Shown: piece after piece, positions 27,422 through 37,230 of the stretch
How the letters are laid out: the number at the start of each line of letters is the position of its first letter
Numbering within the stretch: the first letter of the stretch is position 1
Source: Bacteroidota bacterium
GTDB lineage: Bacteria > Bacteroidota > Ignavibacteria > Ignavibacteriales > Ignavibacteriaceae
Assembly (NCBI GenBank): GCA_022564295.1
Contig: JADFLR010000004.1
Span: 11,840-75,839 of the forward strand
DNA length: 64,000 nucleotides
Reading direction: 5' to 3'
Position numbers and translations under genes: made by a program
The notes under the pieces: generated by a model
What the model was told of the DNA's origin: nothing
The model's database searches: none
What the model saw: the letters and a program-made list of their open reading frames with translations, nothing else

Positions 27422-28070
27422 GAATTGCCACGACCTTTAGGTCGTGGGATTGAATAATAAAACAAGAATTAGGCTTTAGCAATAACTTGTACATACAATT
27501 TAAAATTTTTTCTATATTATCACTATAAATTTATTCTTAAAATTATATCGAAACATAAAAATGCCATACATCAAAATCTGGATTCATCTTATCTTTTCAA
27601 CCAAAAACAGAGATAATCTTATCACTAAACAACTGAAGCTACTATTGCTGGAGCATATTAAAAAAAACTCAATAAAAAAAATATTTATATAGATTTTATG
27701 AATTGTGTCAATGATCATATCCATATATTAATTTCCCTAAATTCAGAGCAGTCTATTTCAAAAGTTACTCAACTAATAAAAGGTGAGTCATCTCATTGGA
27801 TAAATAAAAATAATCTTATACCTAATAAATTCGAATGGCAGAATGAATATATTTCTGTATCAATAGGTCATTCACAGGTTAATAGAGTAAGAGATTATAT
27901 CAAAAACCAAGAGGAGCATCACAGGAAGAAGACTTATCAGGAAGAGTATGATAAGTTTATTGAGAAATATGGATTTGAGATAATACGCAAGTGAAACGAT
28001 CAAGCTAGGGTTAAAACCCGATTCTTCTTTTGTACTTTTATTTCCCACGCCATGAATGGCGTGGCAATTC
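27422..28070 (+). mobile_element. REP-RAYT-REP unit (IS200/Y1-type transposase flanked by inverted REP hairpins)
   Basis: The left end is GAATTGCCACGACCTTTAGGTCGTGGGA (27422-27449). The reverse complement of the right end (28043-28070) is GAATTGCCACGCCATTCATGGCGTGGGA. Both ends are 8-bp-stem hairpins. Confidence 0.75.
27561..27994 (+). pseudogene. REP-associated tyrosine transposase (RAYT, IS200-like Y1 HUH), frameshifted in an A8 run
   Basis: Frame 1 reads MPYIKIWIHLIFSTKNRDNLI...KKIFI-stop. Frame 2 (ORF 27698..27994) continues with NCVNDHIHILISL (HUH motif) and VRDYIKNQEEHH (catalytic Tyr region). One extra A in the run at 27674-27681 would restore SIKKNIYIDFMNCVNDHIH. Confidence 0.75.
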
Positions 28071-28537
28071 ATCAAGCTGAATATAATTTTCTTAAATAAT
28101 CAAAAAAATAATTATTCGTTTCAATTCAGTATGAATAACTCCGCATTTCTCCCGAAGGGATCACTTTGTGAAAGGTGGAGACAAAAATTAATAGAAACAG
28201 TGTATTTACTCAAACATTTTCAATTTTATTATTACAGTAATAAAAGTATTTGTATCTCCATTACATTTGTATTAGTTAAACCGGAAATATTCAAATCTTC
28301 CAGCCTATTAAAAAAATCGTACGAATCATTATTATTAAGAAGTTAGAGGCCTTTTTTTATTTTATGAAATTTTCACTTCAGTTAGTATAATTTCTGCTTA
28401 CTCATTAATTCAACAACCATCTACATCTTTATATTTTTAGTCTGCTTCTCTTGTAAAAGAATCCTTAAACCTGTAATTTTTTGCTTTAATTTTAATGATT
28501 TTCAGCATTTTTACATATAGAAATTTCAGAGGGTAAA

Positions 28538-30370
28538 ATGTCCGATATACTAATAGAATGCGTTCCAAACTTTTCCGAGGGAAGAGATAATGATGTAATT
28601 AAACAGATCACAGATGAAATTGAAAAGATTGAAGGGGTTAAGTTATTAGATGTAGATCCGGGTCCTGATATGAACCGTACTGTTGTAACTTTTATTGGTT
28701 CACAGGAAGGGGTTAAGCAAGCAGCATTCAATTCAATAAAAAAAGCAGCAGAACTTATTGATATGAGTACGCATACTGGCACTCATCCGCGAATGGGTGC
28801 GACAGATGTTTGTCCGTTCGTTCCTGTTAGCGGAATAACAACTGAAGAATGTGTCGAGCTTTCAAAGGAAGTTGCAAAACGAGTTGGTGAAGAATTAAAT
28901 ATACCTGTCTATCTTTATGAAAAATCTGCGCAAACACCGGAAAGAGAAAATCTTGCAGTAATAAGACAAGGTGAGTATGAAGCGCTTGAAGAAAAATTAA
29001 GAAAACCTGAATGGAAACCGGATTTTGGTCCCGCAGAATTTAATGCAACAGCCGGTGCAACTGTAATAGGTGTAAGGGAGTTTCTAATTGCCTATAATAT
29101 TAGTTTAAACACACGGGAAGTGCTACACGCAACCGATATCGCTTTTGAACTCAGGGAGAAAGGGAGATCGGCAAGAACAGGAAACACTAATAATCCTTTT
29201 TACTATAAGAAAACTAAAATATTAAAGTATAAAGAAGGTGAATATCCTTGCGGGCTCGATGATTTTGCTGGAAAGACAATTGATGAAACAATTAAACATT
29301 GTAAAGAGAAACACGATTTTGATCTTGTTGAATTATTAAAACTAAATGGAGTAAACCCGGAGAAACCCGAAGGGCAATCGGTAAAGATACCGGGCAAGTT
29401 TAACTATTGTAAAGCGATTGGCTGGATGGTCCCGGAATATGACCGCGCACAGATTTCAATTAATCTTACAAATTACAAAGTAACCTCAACTCATCACGTA
29501 TTAGAAGAAACAAGAAAACTTGCTGCTAAAAGAGGTTTGGTTGTTACCGGAAGTGAAATTGTTGGAATGATTCCTTTTCCTGCATTGCTTGAGACTGGTA
29601 AATTCTATTTGAAAAAACAGGGGAGATCAACAGGAATTCCTATTCACGATATTCTAAATACAGCAGTGCAATCACTTGGATTAAATGATGTATCAGAATT
29701 CAATATTGAAGAAAGAGTTTTAGGATTGCCGAAAAATCTGGATGATGCACTTGTTGAAATGAAAGTAACAGATTTCGTTGATGAGGTATCGCGCGAATCT
29801 CCTGCGCCCGGAGGCGGTTCAATTGCTGCGCTGGCAGGAGCTTTGGGTGCTTCGCTTTCATCAATGGTAAGTAATCTTTCCGCAAATAAAAGAGGGAGCG
29901 AAACTGTAGATGATATTCTGAATGATGCTGCTATTAAATGTCAGGAAATTAAAAGCGCTTTGGTAAAAGCTGTCGATGATGATACCGATGCATTTAATGC
30001 TTATATGGATGCACGGAGATTACCGAACAAAACAGATGATGATAAGAAAGCAAGAGAAGAAGCGATGCAAAAAGGATTGAAACAGGCAGTGCACGTTCCT
30101 TTAAATACTGCAATGCTTAGTTTTCAGGTAATTGAAATTGCAGAAGCAGTTGCGAAGAATGGAAACCCAAATTCAATTACAGATGTTGGTGTTGGCGCAC
30201 AAAGTGCTTACACAGGTGTACTGGGTGGAATTTACAATGTACTTATAAATCTGAAAGATATAAAAGATGATAAATTTAATGATGAGATGAGAAAAACCTG
30301 TGCCAAGTTAAAAGAAAAAGCACAGAAAAAGTTAGGGGAAGTGTTGAATTATGTCGAGAGTAAACTATGA
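28538..30370 (+). CDS. ftcD: bifunctional glutamate formimidoyltransferase / formimidoyl-THF cyclodeaminase
   Basis: The N-terminal ECVPNFSEGRD and GTHPRMGATDV are transferase motifs. The C-terminal SPAPGGGSIAALAGALGASL is the cyclodeaminase motif. The protein is 610 aa. Confidence 0.9.
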   Translation: MSDILIECVPNFSEGRDNDVIKQITDEIEKIEGVKLLDVDPGPDMNRTVVTFIGSQEGVKQAAFNSIKKAAELIDMSTHTGTHPRMGATDVCPFVPVSGITTEECVELSKEVAKRVGEELNIPVYLYEKSAQTPERENLAVIRQGEYEALEEKLRKPEWKPDFGPAEFNATAGATVIGVREFLIAYNISLNTREVLHATDIAFELREKGRSARTGNTNNPFYYKKTKILKYKEGEYPCGLDDFAGKTIDETIKHCKEKHDFDLVELLKLNGVNPEKPEGQSVKIPGKFNYCKAIGWMVPEYDRAQISINLTNYKVTSTHHVLEETRKLAAKRGLVVTGSEIVGMIPFPALLETGKFYLKKQGRSTGIPIHDILNTAVQSLGLNDVSEFNIEERVLGLPKNLDDALVEMKVTDFVDEVSRESPAPGGGSIAALAGALGASLSSMVSNLSANKRGSETVDDILNDAAIKCQEIKSALVKAVDDDTDAFNAYMDARRLPNKTDDDKKAREEAMQKGLKQAVHVPLNTAMLSFQVIEIAEAVAKNGNPNSITDVGVGAQSAYTGVLGGIYNVLINLKDIKDDKFNDEMRKTCAKLKEKAQKKLGEVLNYVESKL

Positions 30371-30481
30371 TGTCAGTCTGGATCGCTTGAGAATGACTGA
30401 TGAATTAATATCGGTATCACACTTCGATAGACTCAGTGTGACAATTTTTTTTTGTCATCCTAAGCTTGTCGAAGGATGACA
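30371..30481. repeat. hairpin repeat modules upstream of the GIY-YIG gene
   Basis: Hairpin A pairs TCACACT (30417-23) with AGTGTGA (30435-41). Hairpin B pairs GTCATCCT (30454-61) with AGGATGAC (30473-80). A degenerate B-like copy, GTCAGTCT..GAATGAC, lies at 30372-30397. Confidence 0.7.
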
Positions 30482-30491
30482 TAAGTATATT

Positions 30492-30776
30492 ATGAAAGAT
30501 TACTTCGTATATATTTTAAAATGCGCCGATGGAAGTTATTACACAGGTGTTACATCGATTTTAGAACAAAGAATTAATCAGCATAACTCAGGTTTAATAA
30601 AAGGATATACTTCATTCAGATTACCTGTAAGATTAGTTTATTCGAACAGATTTACAAATACAACAGATGCTATTACTGCTGAAAAACAGATTAAGGGGTG
30701 GAGTAGAGCTAAAAAACAGGCCCTTATAAATGGAGATTTTGATAAACTTGTACAATTAGCGAAATCAAAAAATTAA
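30492..30776 (+). CDS. GIY-YIG nuclease family protein (small, stand-alone)
   Basis: 94 aa. It contains YFVYILKCADGSYYTGVT...RINQHN...KGWSRAKK, the canonical GIY-YIG motifs. Confidence 0.85.
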   Translation: MKDYFVYILKCADGSYYTGVTSILEQRINQHNSGLIKGYTSFRLPVRLVYSNRFTNTTDAITAEKQIKGWSRAKKQALINGDFDKLVQLAKSKN

Positions 30777-30788
30777 ATTTTGCTGTGG

Positions 30789-30897
30789 TCACACTCCTAC
30801 AAACTCAGTATGTCTAATAAGCGTGTTATCCTAAACTTGTAGGAGGATGTTTGATATCTTAACATTGATGCCACATTTCGACAAGCTCAATGTGACA
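30789..30897. repeat. hairpin repeat modules downstream of the GIY-YIG gene
   Basis: Degenerate A is TCACACTCCTACAAACTCAGTATGT (30789-30813). Degenerate B is GTTATCCTAAACTTGTAGGAGGATGT (30825-30850). A second A is CACATTTCGACAAGCTCAATGTGACA (30872-30897). Confidence 0.65.
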
Positions 30898-30932
30898 ATG
30901 AACATAAAATTCAAATATATATGGAGTAAACA

Positions 30933-33900
30933 ATGAAATACCATTTCTCAATTATTTTCTTAATTGTTTTTTCAATCAATCTCATTGCCCAGGAAGAAAA
31001 TTTAACAAGACTACTTCGCTTCCCCGATATCCACACGGATAAAATTGCATTTGTTTATGCTGGTGATATCTGGATAGTTAGTTCCAGCGGTGGTACTGCG
31101 AGACGATTAACATCCCACAAAGGAATGGAACTTTTTCCTAAATTTTCTCCCGATGGAGAATGGATTGCTTTTTCAGCAGAGTATTCGGGCAGCAGGCAGG
31201 TTTATATAATGAGCATTGATGGCGGAACTCCGAAGCAATTAACCTATTACAACGATGTTGGATCAATGCCACCAAGAGGAGGTTTTGACTACCGCATACT
31301 TGATTGGACACCCGATGGTAAAAATGTTCTGTTCAGAGCAAACCGATTGCCATGGGGGGTAAGAATGGGTAAGTACTTCACCATTTCGGTTGAGGGTAGT
31401 TTTGAAAAACCATTGCAAATTCCCGATGGCGGCGGTGGAATGCTATCACCTGATGGAACGAAAATGGTTTACACTCCTATTGATAGAGAGTGGAGAACAT
31501 GGAAAAGATACCGTGGTGGAAGAGCACAAAATATTTGGATTTACGATCTCGTCAATAATACATCCGAACAAATTACTTACGATATTGGAACAGAATATCA
31601 ACCCGTTTGGGTTGAAGATAAAATTTATTTTGCTTCAGATAAAACAGGCACATTAAATCTTTACTCTTATGATCTTACTTCAAAACAAAGTGCTGCTGTT
31701 ACTAACTTTGATGATTATGATGTTCTGTGGGTAAGTGCAGGACATGAAAATATTGTGTATGAGAACAGCGGATATATTTATAAGTATAATCCTGCATCTA
31801 ATAAAAATGAAAGAGTGCCGATTAAAGTTTTCGGTGATTTCCCTTACACGCTTTCGTATCTGAAAGATGTAAAAGATTTTATTAATTGGTTTGAAATATC
31901 TCCAACAGGGCAGCGTGGGTTATTTGAAGCACGCGGTGATGTGTTCACAGTCCCGGCAGAAAACGGAGAGATAGTTAACTTAACTAAAACTTCAGGTATT
32001 AGAGAGATCGATCCGGTTTGGTCTCCCGATGGTAAATCGATTGCATACTTAAGCGATAGAACGGGTGAGTATGAAATATTTACCCGTCCTGCTGACGGAA
32101 GCGGCAATGAAAAACAAATAACAAGCAACGGAACAATCTGGCGCTTTGCACCAATTTGGTCTGCCGATAGTAAAAAGCTTGTATTCTCGGATAAGAATCA
32201 AAAACTGCTTTATGTGGATATTGAATCGGGGAAAGTTGTGGAAGCCGATCACAGCGATTATAATGATATTCAGGATTATCAATGGTCGCCCGACAATAAG
32301 TGGTTAACTTATTCAAAAGGCAGTGATTCAAGAATGAGTTCAGTGTGGGTTTACTCTTTGGATAAAAATGAAACAACACAATTAACAAGTGATTTCACGG
32401 AAGAGTTCAACCCGGTATTCGGAACAGAAGGAAAGTATATTTACTTTTTATCAAACAGAGATTTTAATCTACAGTTCAGTGCATGGGAGTTTAATTATAT
32501 TTACACCAAACCAACACGTATTTACGTTGCACCGTTAAACAGCAGTGTACCCGCTCTGTTCCAGCCGAGGAGCGATGATGAAGATTCGGAAAATAGTAAA
32601 GATAACGGCAATGATGATGAAAATGATAAAGAAGAAACACCTGATGTTTTTATAAACCTATCAGGATTTGAAAACAGGATTGCAGTCCTTCCAGGTCCCT
32701 CCGGAAATTACAATACACTCTTCCCGATTAAGGATGGAGTAACTTATTTGTTCAGAGAGGATTCCGGTACAAAACTAAAAATGTATAATGTAAAAAGCGA
32801 AGAAGAAGTTACTATTCTTGAAAGTATTGACAACTATGTGCTTTCAGCTGATGGTAAAAAATTAATGTATAGTAAAAATAGTAGTTTCGGTATTGTTGAT
32901 GCTCAAAAGAATCAGAAGAACAACGATGGCAGGTTGGCTCTTGATGGAATGATGATGAAGATAAATCCCAAAGAGGAATGGGCACAGATTTTTTTTGATG
33001 GATGGCGTTTAATTCGCGATTGGTTTTATGATCAGAATATGCACGGTAATGATTGGAACAAAATGCGGGAGAAGTATGAACCGCTTGTAGATTTCGTTTC
33101 ACACCGTGCTGATCTTGATTACATTTTTGGTGAGCTTGGCGGTGAGTTAAGTTCAGGCCACGTTTATGTTAACTGGGGCGATATCCCAAAAGTTGAAAGA
33201 ATAGATGGTGGATTATTGGGCTGTGAACTTGAAGCTGATTCTTCCGGTTATTATAAAATCACTAAAATATTTAAGGGAGAAAACTGGCATAAGAATTTTC
33301 GTTCGCCTTTGACAGAGCATGGTGTAAATATTAAAGAAGGCGATTATCTTTTAAAGATAGATGGCGAAGAAGTTACAACAAAAGATAACCCGTATAAATT
33401 TTTAGAAGGGAAAGCGAATAAGGTTATAACTCTTTTAGTAAGCAGCAAACCTGATTATAGTGGTGCGCATCAAGAAAAAGTAAAACCAATAAAAAGAGAG
33501 ACTGATCTTCGATACCTTGATTGGGTTGGATCAAGAAGGGAACTTGTGGATAAACTTTCAAACGGAAAGATCGGATATATACATCTCCCGAACACTGGCG
33601 GTCCGGGTAACAGAGAGCTGTTTAAGAATTTTTATCCGCAAACAAACAAGGAAGCATTAATAGTTGATGTGAGATACAATGGTGGTGGATTTATTCCTGA
33701 CAGAATGATTGAACTTTTAGATCGTCCATTATTAAACTATTGGGTGAGACGAGGAGTTAAACCGAATCCAACTCCGGGTTTTTCCAATCAAGGTCCGAAA
33801 GTTTGTTTGATAAACGGATACTCAAGTTCAGGTGGTGATGCTTTCCCATATTACTTCAGAGAACTTGAACTTGGTAAATTAATTGGAACAAGAACATGGG

Positions 33901-34169
33901 GTGGATTGATTGGTCTTTCCGGTAACCCCTCTTTAATGGACGGCGGTTCAATCAGCATTCCAACATTTCGCTTCTTAACAAAAGATGGGAAATGGGCTGT
34001 TGAGAATGAAGGTGTTGCTCCAGATATTGAAGTTGTTGACAAACCTGAGCTTGTAGCAAGAGGAGAAGACCCGACGATTGAAAAAGCTGTTGAGGTGTTG
34101 CTTGAGGAGTTAATGAATAATCCGCCAAAGAAATTAGTTGTACCATTACCGCCGGATGAATCTAAGTGA
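30933..34169 (+). CDS. tricorn protease homologue (S41 peptidase with beta-propellers and PDZ)
   Basis: 1078 aa with a signal peptide. The N-terminal LLRFPDIHTDKIAFVYAGDIWIVSSSGGTARRLTSH and PD40-like repeats are tricorn hallmarks. The C-terminal S41 region contains SSGGDAFPYYF. Confidence 0.9.
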   Translation: MKYHFSIIFLIVFSINLIAQEENLTRLLRFPDIHTDKIAFVYAGDIWIVSSSGGTARRLTSHKGMELFPKFSPDGEWIAFSAEYSGSRQVYIMSIDGGTPKQLTYYNDVGSMPPRGGFDYRILDWTPDGKNVLFRANRLPWGVRMGKYFTISVEGSFEKPLQIPDGGGGMLSPDGTKMVYTPIDREWRTWKRYRGGRAQNIWIYDLVNNTSEQITYDIGTEYQPVWVEDKIYFASDKTGTLNLYSYDLTSKQSAAVTNFDDYDVLWVSAGHENIVYENSGYIYKYNPASNKNERVPIKVFGDFPYTLSYLKDVKDFINWFEISPTGQRGLFEARGDVFTVPAENGEIVNLTKTSGIREIDPVWSPDGKSIAYLSDRTGEYEIFTRPADGSGNEKQITSNGTIWRFAPIWSADSKKLVFSDKNQKLLYVDIESGKVVEADHSDYNDIQDYQWSPDNKWLTYSKGSDSRMSSVWVYSLDKNETTQLTSDFTEEFNPVFGTEGKYIYFLSNRDFNLQFSAWEFNYIYTKPTRIYVAPLNSSVPALFQPRSDDEDSENSKDNGNDDENDKEETPDVFINLSGFENRIAVLPGPSGNYNTLFPIKDGVTYLFREDSGTKLKMYNVKSEEEVTILESIDNYVLSADGKKLMYSKNSSFGIVDAQKNQKNNDGRLALDGMMMKINPKEEWAQIFFDGWRLIRDWFYDQNMHGNDWNKMREKYEPLVDFVSHRADLDYIFGELGGELSSGHVYVNWGDIPKVERIDGGLLGCELEADSSGYYKITKIFKGENWHKNFRSPLTEHGVNIKEGDYLLKIDGEEVTTKDNPYKFLEGKANKVITLLVSSKPDYSGAHQEKVKPIKRETDLRYLDWVGSRRELVDKLSNGKIGYIHLPNTGGPGNRELFKNFYPQTNKEALIVDVRYNGGGFIPDRMIELLDRPLLNYWVRRGVKPNPTPGFSNQGPKVCLINGYSSSGGDAFPYYFRELELGKLIGTRTWGGLIGLSGNPSLMDGGSISIPTFRFLTKDGKWAVENEGVAPDIEVVDKPELVARGEDPTIEKAVEVLLEELMNNPPKKLVVPLPPDESK

Positions 34170-34325
34170 TTTATCATATGAAATTAACAGGAAAGTCACG
34201 GACCGTTCCGTAACCGTAGCTGGATTGGGTCAGATGCTGGGCGATGAATTTATATCTTTATAGTTTTTGGATTTTCTCGTACGTTTAAATAATTACTAAT
34301 AAATAATGAATGGTAAAAAAATAAA

Positions 34326-34706
34326 ATGAAATATATAGTAATATTCGTTGTATTGTTGATAATAATATCTTGTAATAGTACAACTGAATCAGAGCCGCAA
34401 ACATTAACTGGGTTTTGGCAGGCAAAAGAAGTAGCACAGCACTTTTGGTTAGATCATATTAGGGCTGATTCAGTCTCTGGATTTGGTCAGTTAGGAAAAG
34501 CTAATAATTTAGGAATAATTGAATGGCTGCCAATGACCGTTAAAGGTAAAATAGTAGGAAATGATATATCACTTTGGTTTACTCTCTCAGATTCTACAAC
34601 TGTTTTCAATGGGGAAATAAATACGGTTAATAATTTTCACGGTCTGTGGGAGATTCTGAACGCCACGATAGCTATTACATACAATAAGAGAATTACATAC
34701 AAATAA
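34326..34706 (+). CDS. small lipoprotein, unknown function
   Basis: 126 aa. MKYIVIFVVLLIIISC has a lipobox Cys. Confidence 0.55.
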   Translation: MKYIVIFVVLLIIISCNSTTESEPQTLTGFWQAKEVAQHFWLDHIRADSVSGFGQLGKANNLGIIEWLPMTVKGKIVGNDISLWFTLSDSTTVFNGEINTVNNFHGLWEILNATIAITYNKRITYK

Positions 34707-34907
34707 AACACAGTAAACGGAAATAGTTTTTTAATTAATTAGATAAAAAATTTAATACTGATCAAAATTAAATAATTTATTGAAGTTCAGATCGTACTAT
34801 GATTCAATAAATAATTCGACGCCAGCTAAATAATCCCTATGAAATCCTGCTTGCTGAAAAGTTCGTAAATATATAATAGTGTTGATCAGTGATAACCCAG
34901 AATGACC

Positions 34908-37112
34908 TCACTCATAAATCTCATAAAAAGTATCATCAAAATAAAATCTAACATTCCGCCCAAGTGCAAGAAACTGTGCAGTTTTCGGTTTATCATTTAG
35001 CAGCTTAAAGTATTCATCGGAATTAAATTGAATGCGTTTCTCGTTATTCGCTTTATGTTTCTGCAATTCCGAATCGACCCAAAACTTACCGCTTTGGTAA
35101 ACTGCTCTTCCCTGAATATTTTTTACTTGCTGAGTTAAATTTCTTTCATAACCATTATCATCTTTGTAATTCATTCTTCCGCTGCCTTGTTTTGTTTCAG
35201 CATAATTACTCGCCTGGTTTAAGCCCTGGAATTCTTCGCTTACAGTAATGCTTCTGTCCCCGCTTTTTTCTTTCATTGCATCATAATAAGCTTCAAACTG
35301 TTTTCTAAATATCGGTACAGGTGGAAGAGTTTGGAAGTCTTCGACAATTTCATTTCGTCTTAGACGAAGTTCTTCATCTTCCATTATTAAATAACTTGTG
35401 TATGGAGTAACTATCCCATGCTCTCTCGCAAGTTGTGTTACTTCATCAACAAGTTCTTTGTCTTCACCGTTCAATCGTATCTGGTCTAATAAAAATCCTA
35501 TTCTTCGTGAAGCCCATAATTGCGGAATGAAATCATATTCATCACTATTACTAACAAATTCAGGATTTATTGTAAATGATTTCTTTTCACCTTTAACTGT
35601 CCCCCTTAATGTGATTTTTTTACTCCCGCTGCCAGTGTATCTCCCAAATAAAGTAATACTTGAACCTTTGAAAAGATCGGGCAAGTTTTTTGGATACGAT
35701 TGGAATGTTCTTATTCCTCCCCCAAAGGTAAGCGAAAGATTTGTTAGCACCGGCGATTGGACCTTATCATAAAAGTTTGAAATTTTTATCTCAATATCTT
35801 CGTTCGGTAAAATATAGGTTCGTGTGGCTTTTGTAACTTCTGTTATTTTATCAAGCAGGTGAGTATTAATTTCGTTTCCGATCCCAAACGTAAAAATCCT
35901 TACATCATTATTGTTCATCGAAATGATTTTTTTTATTAGCTTATCATCAATCGTTTCACCAATTGTTGGTTTACCATCAGTAATGAAAATTATTAAATGA
36001 GTTCGGTTAGAACTTTTATTTTCTTTTAAGACAAGTGAGAGCGCTTCTTCAATATTTGTTCCGCCAACTGCTTTAAGTTTGTTTATATATTTTTCCGCTT
36101 TTTTAATATTGCTTTTTGTTGCCGATTCAGTTTTACCGAACAATGCATAAGCTTCTGTAGAGAAACGAATGATATCAAATCCGTCGCCGGGGTTTAAATT
36201 ATTAATGCAATACAAAAGCGCCAGCTTTGCCTGCCGCATCTTTTCGCCCGCCATACTTCCTGATACATCAATTACAAATGATATATCTTTATCATCAATC
36301 TTATCATCATCTATAATAAAAGAAGGTGAAGCGGTTAGTAAAAAATAACCATCGTCCTTACCCGTTTGATATGAAAGAAGTGATAGTCCAATATCATCAT
36401 TATTTGTATTGTAGTAGAGTTTGAAATCGATATCCGGTTTTGTGTTTTCTTCTTCAAAGGAGATAACAGCATTGTGATTATCTTTATTCACAATATCAAT
36501 TGGATGTGTAGGTGAGTATATGCTTTTTATTTCTTTGTTGGTCTTCAAATCAACTTTTAAGCTTATACTTTTAACAGGTTTTGCTGAAAACTTCTCTGTG
36601 TTAAGCGGGTAGATATATTCATACATTCCGTTATCGGAGTTCAACACTTCTCTGTAACTGATGCTTACCTTTTTATTGCTCCTCGGTTCAATCGGGAAAA
36701 TCCTTACTTTAAATAAGCCCTGGTCCGTGTATTCCAGCAATGCCGGATCACGAATTTGTCTGACTATCTCCTCATAGATATTTCTGGCTTTTGTAGCATC
36801 AAGCAATTCCGCCTGCATTTCTTTTCCGTTTATCACCATGCTAAAATCTTTTATGACTGCACCTTTGGGAATTGGAAAGATATAGTAACCTTCTAACATT
36901 ATATCGGATGGATTATAAAATTCCTGATCGATATAAGTTTCAGCAATGTTACCGTTAATAGTTACATTAACATGATGATAAACAACCTCAAGCGGAAACG
37001 GGGAAGACAGGGGAGATGGACGTGGGATTATTATCAGTCCGTCTGCAAATGCTGTCCCTACAAAAGTTATTAGAAGAATAAACAACACGAATAAATTTTT
37101 ATTTGTTTTCAT
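34908..37112 (-). CDS. secreted VIT + von Willebrand factor A domain protein
   Basis: 734 aa with a signal peptide. The N-terminal VIT-like region is VYHHVNVTINGNIAETYIDQEFYNP, and the vWA MIDAS motif is DVSGSMAG...GGTNI. Confidence 0.8.
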   Translation of the reverse strand: MKTNKNLFVLFILLITFVGTAFADGLIIIPRPSPLSSPFPLEVVYHHVNVTINGNIAETYIDQEFYNPSDIMLEGYYIFPIPKGAVIKDFSMVINGKEMQAELLDATKARNIYEEIVRQIRDPALLEYTDQGLFKVRIFPIEPRSNKKVSISYREVLNSDNGMYEYIYPLNTEKFSAKPVKSISLKVDLKTNKEIKSIYSPTHPIDIVNKDNHNAVISFEEENTKPDIDFKLYYNTNNDDIGLSLLSYQTGKDDGYFLLTASPSFIIDDDKIDDKDISFVIDVSGSMAGEKMRQAKLALLYCINNLNPGDGFDIIRFSTEAYALFGKTESATKSNIKKAEKYINKLKAVGGTNIEEALSLVLKENKSSNRTHLIIFITDGKPTIGETIDDKLIKKIISMNNNDVRIFTFGIGNEINTHLLDKITEVTKATRTYILPNEDIEIKISNFYDKVQSPVLTNLSLTFGGGIRTFQSYPKNLPDLFKGSSITLFGRYTGSGSKKITLRGTVKGEKKSFTINPEFVSNSDEYDFIPQLWASRRIGFLLDQIRLNGEDKELVDEVTQLAREHGIVTPYTSYLIMEDEELRLRRNEIVEDFQTLPPVPIFRKQFEAYYDAMKEKSGDRSITVSEEFQGLNQASNYAETKQGSGRMNYKDDNGYERNLTQQVKNIQGRAVYQSGKFWVDSELQKHKANNEKRIQFNSDEYFKLLNDKPKTAQFLALGRNVRFYFDDTFYEIYE

Positions 37113-37130
37113 TTTTTTCTCTTTTTTATT

Positions 37131-37220
37131 CCGACTGTCATTCCCACGCAGGCGGGAATCTTGTTAATATAATGTAGATTCCGGACAGTCTCGATATTGC
37201 GATTCTGCCCGGAATGACAG
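37131..37220. repeat. inverted pair of GTCATTCC-type hairpin units
   Basis: TGTCATTCCCACGCAGGCGGGAATC (37136-37160) is matched by GATTCTGCCCGGAATGACA (37201-37219). The inner pair is GACTGTC/GACAGTC. Confidence 0.65.
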
Positions 37221-37230
37221 CAACAACTAG

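Noticed and set aside
27205-27465. 86-aa minus-strand ORF between the T9SS fragment and the RAYT gene.
   Set aside because: It runs across the REP hairpin and a terminator-like region. Its composition and position indicate a chance ORF in repeat DNA.
27872-28346. ORFs 27872..28075 (minus) and 28056..28346 (plus) around the right REP hairpin.
   Set aside because: One overlaps the RAYT 3-prime end in antisense and both run through the REP hairpin. They are AT-rich and low-complexity, with no motifs.
31390-34177. Internal and antisense ORFs inside the tricorn protease gene.
   Set aside because: They are fully nested in a 1078-aa ORF with clear family motifs, so they are shadow ORFs.
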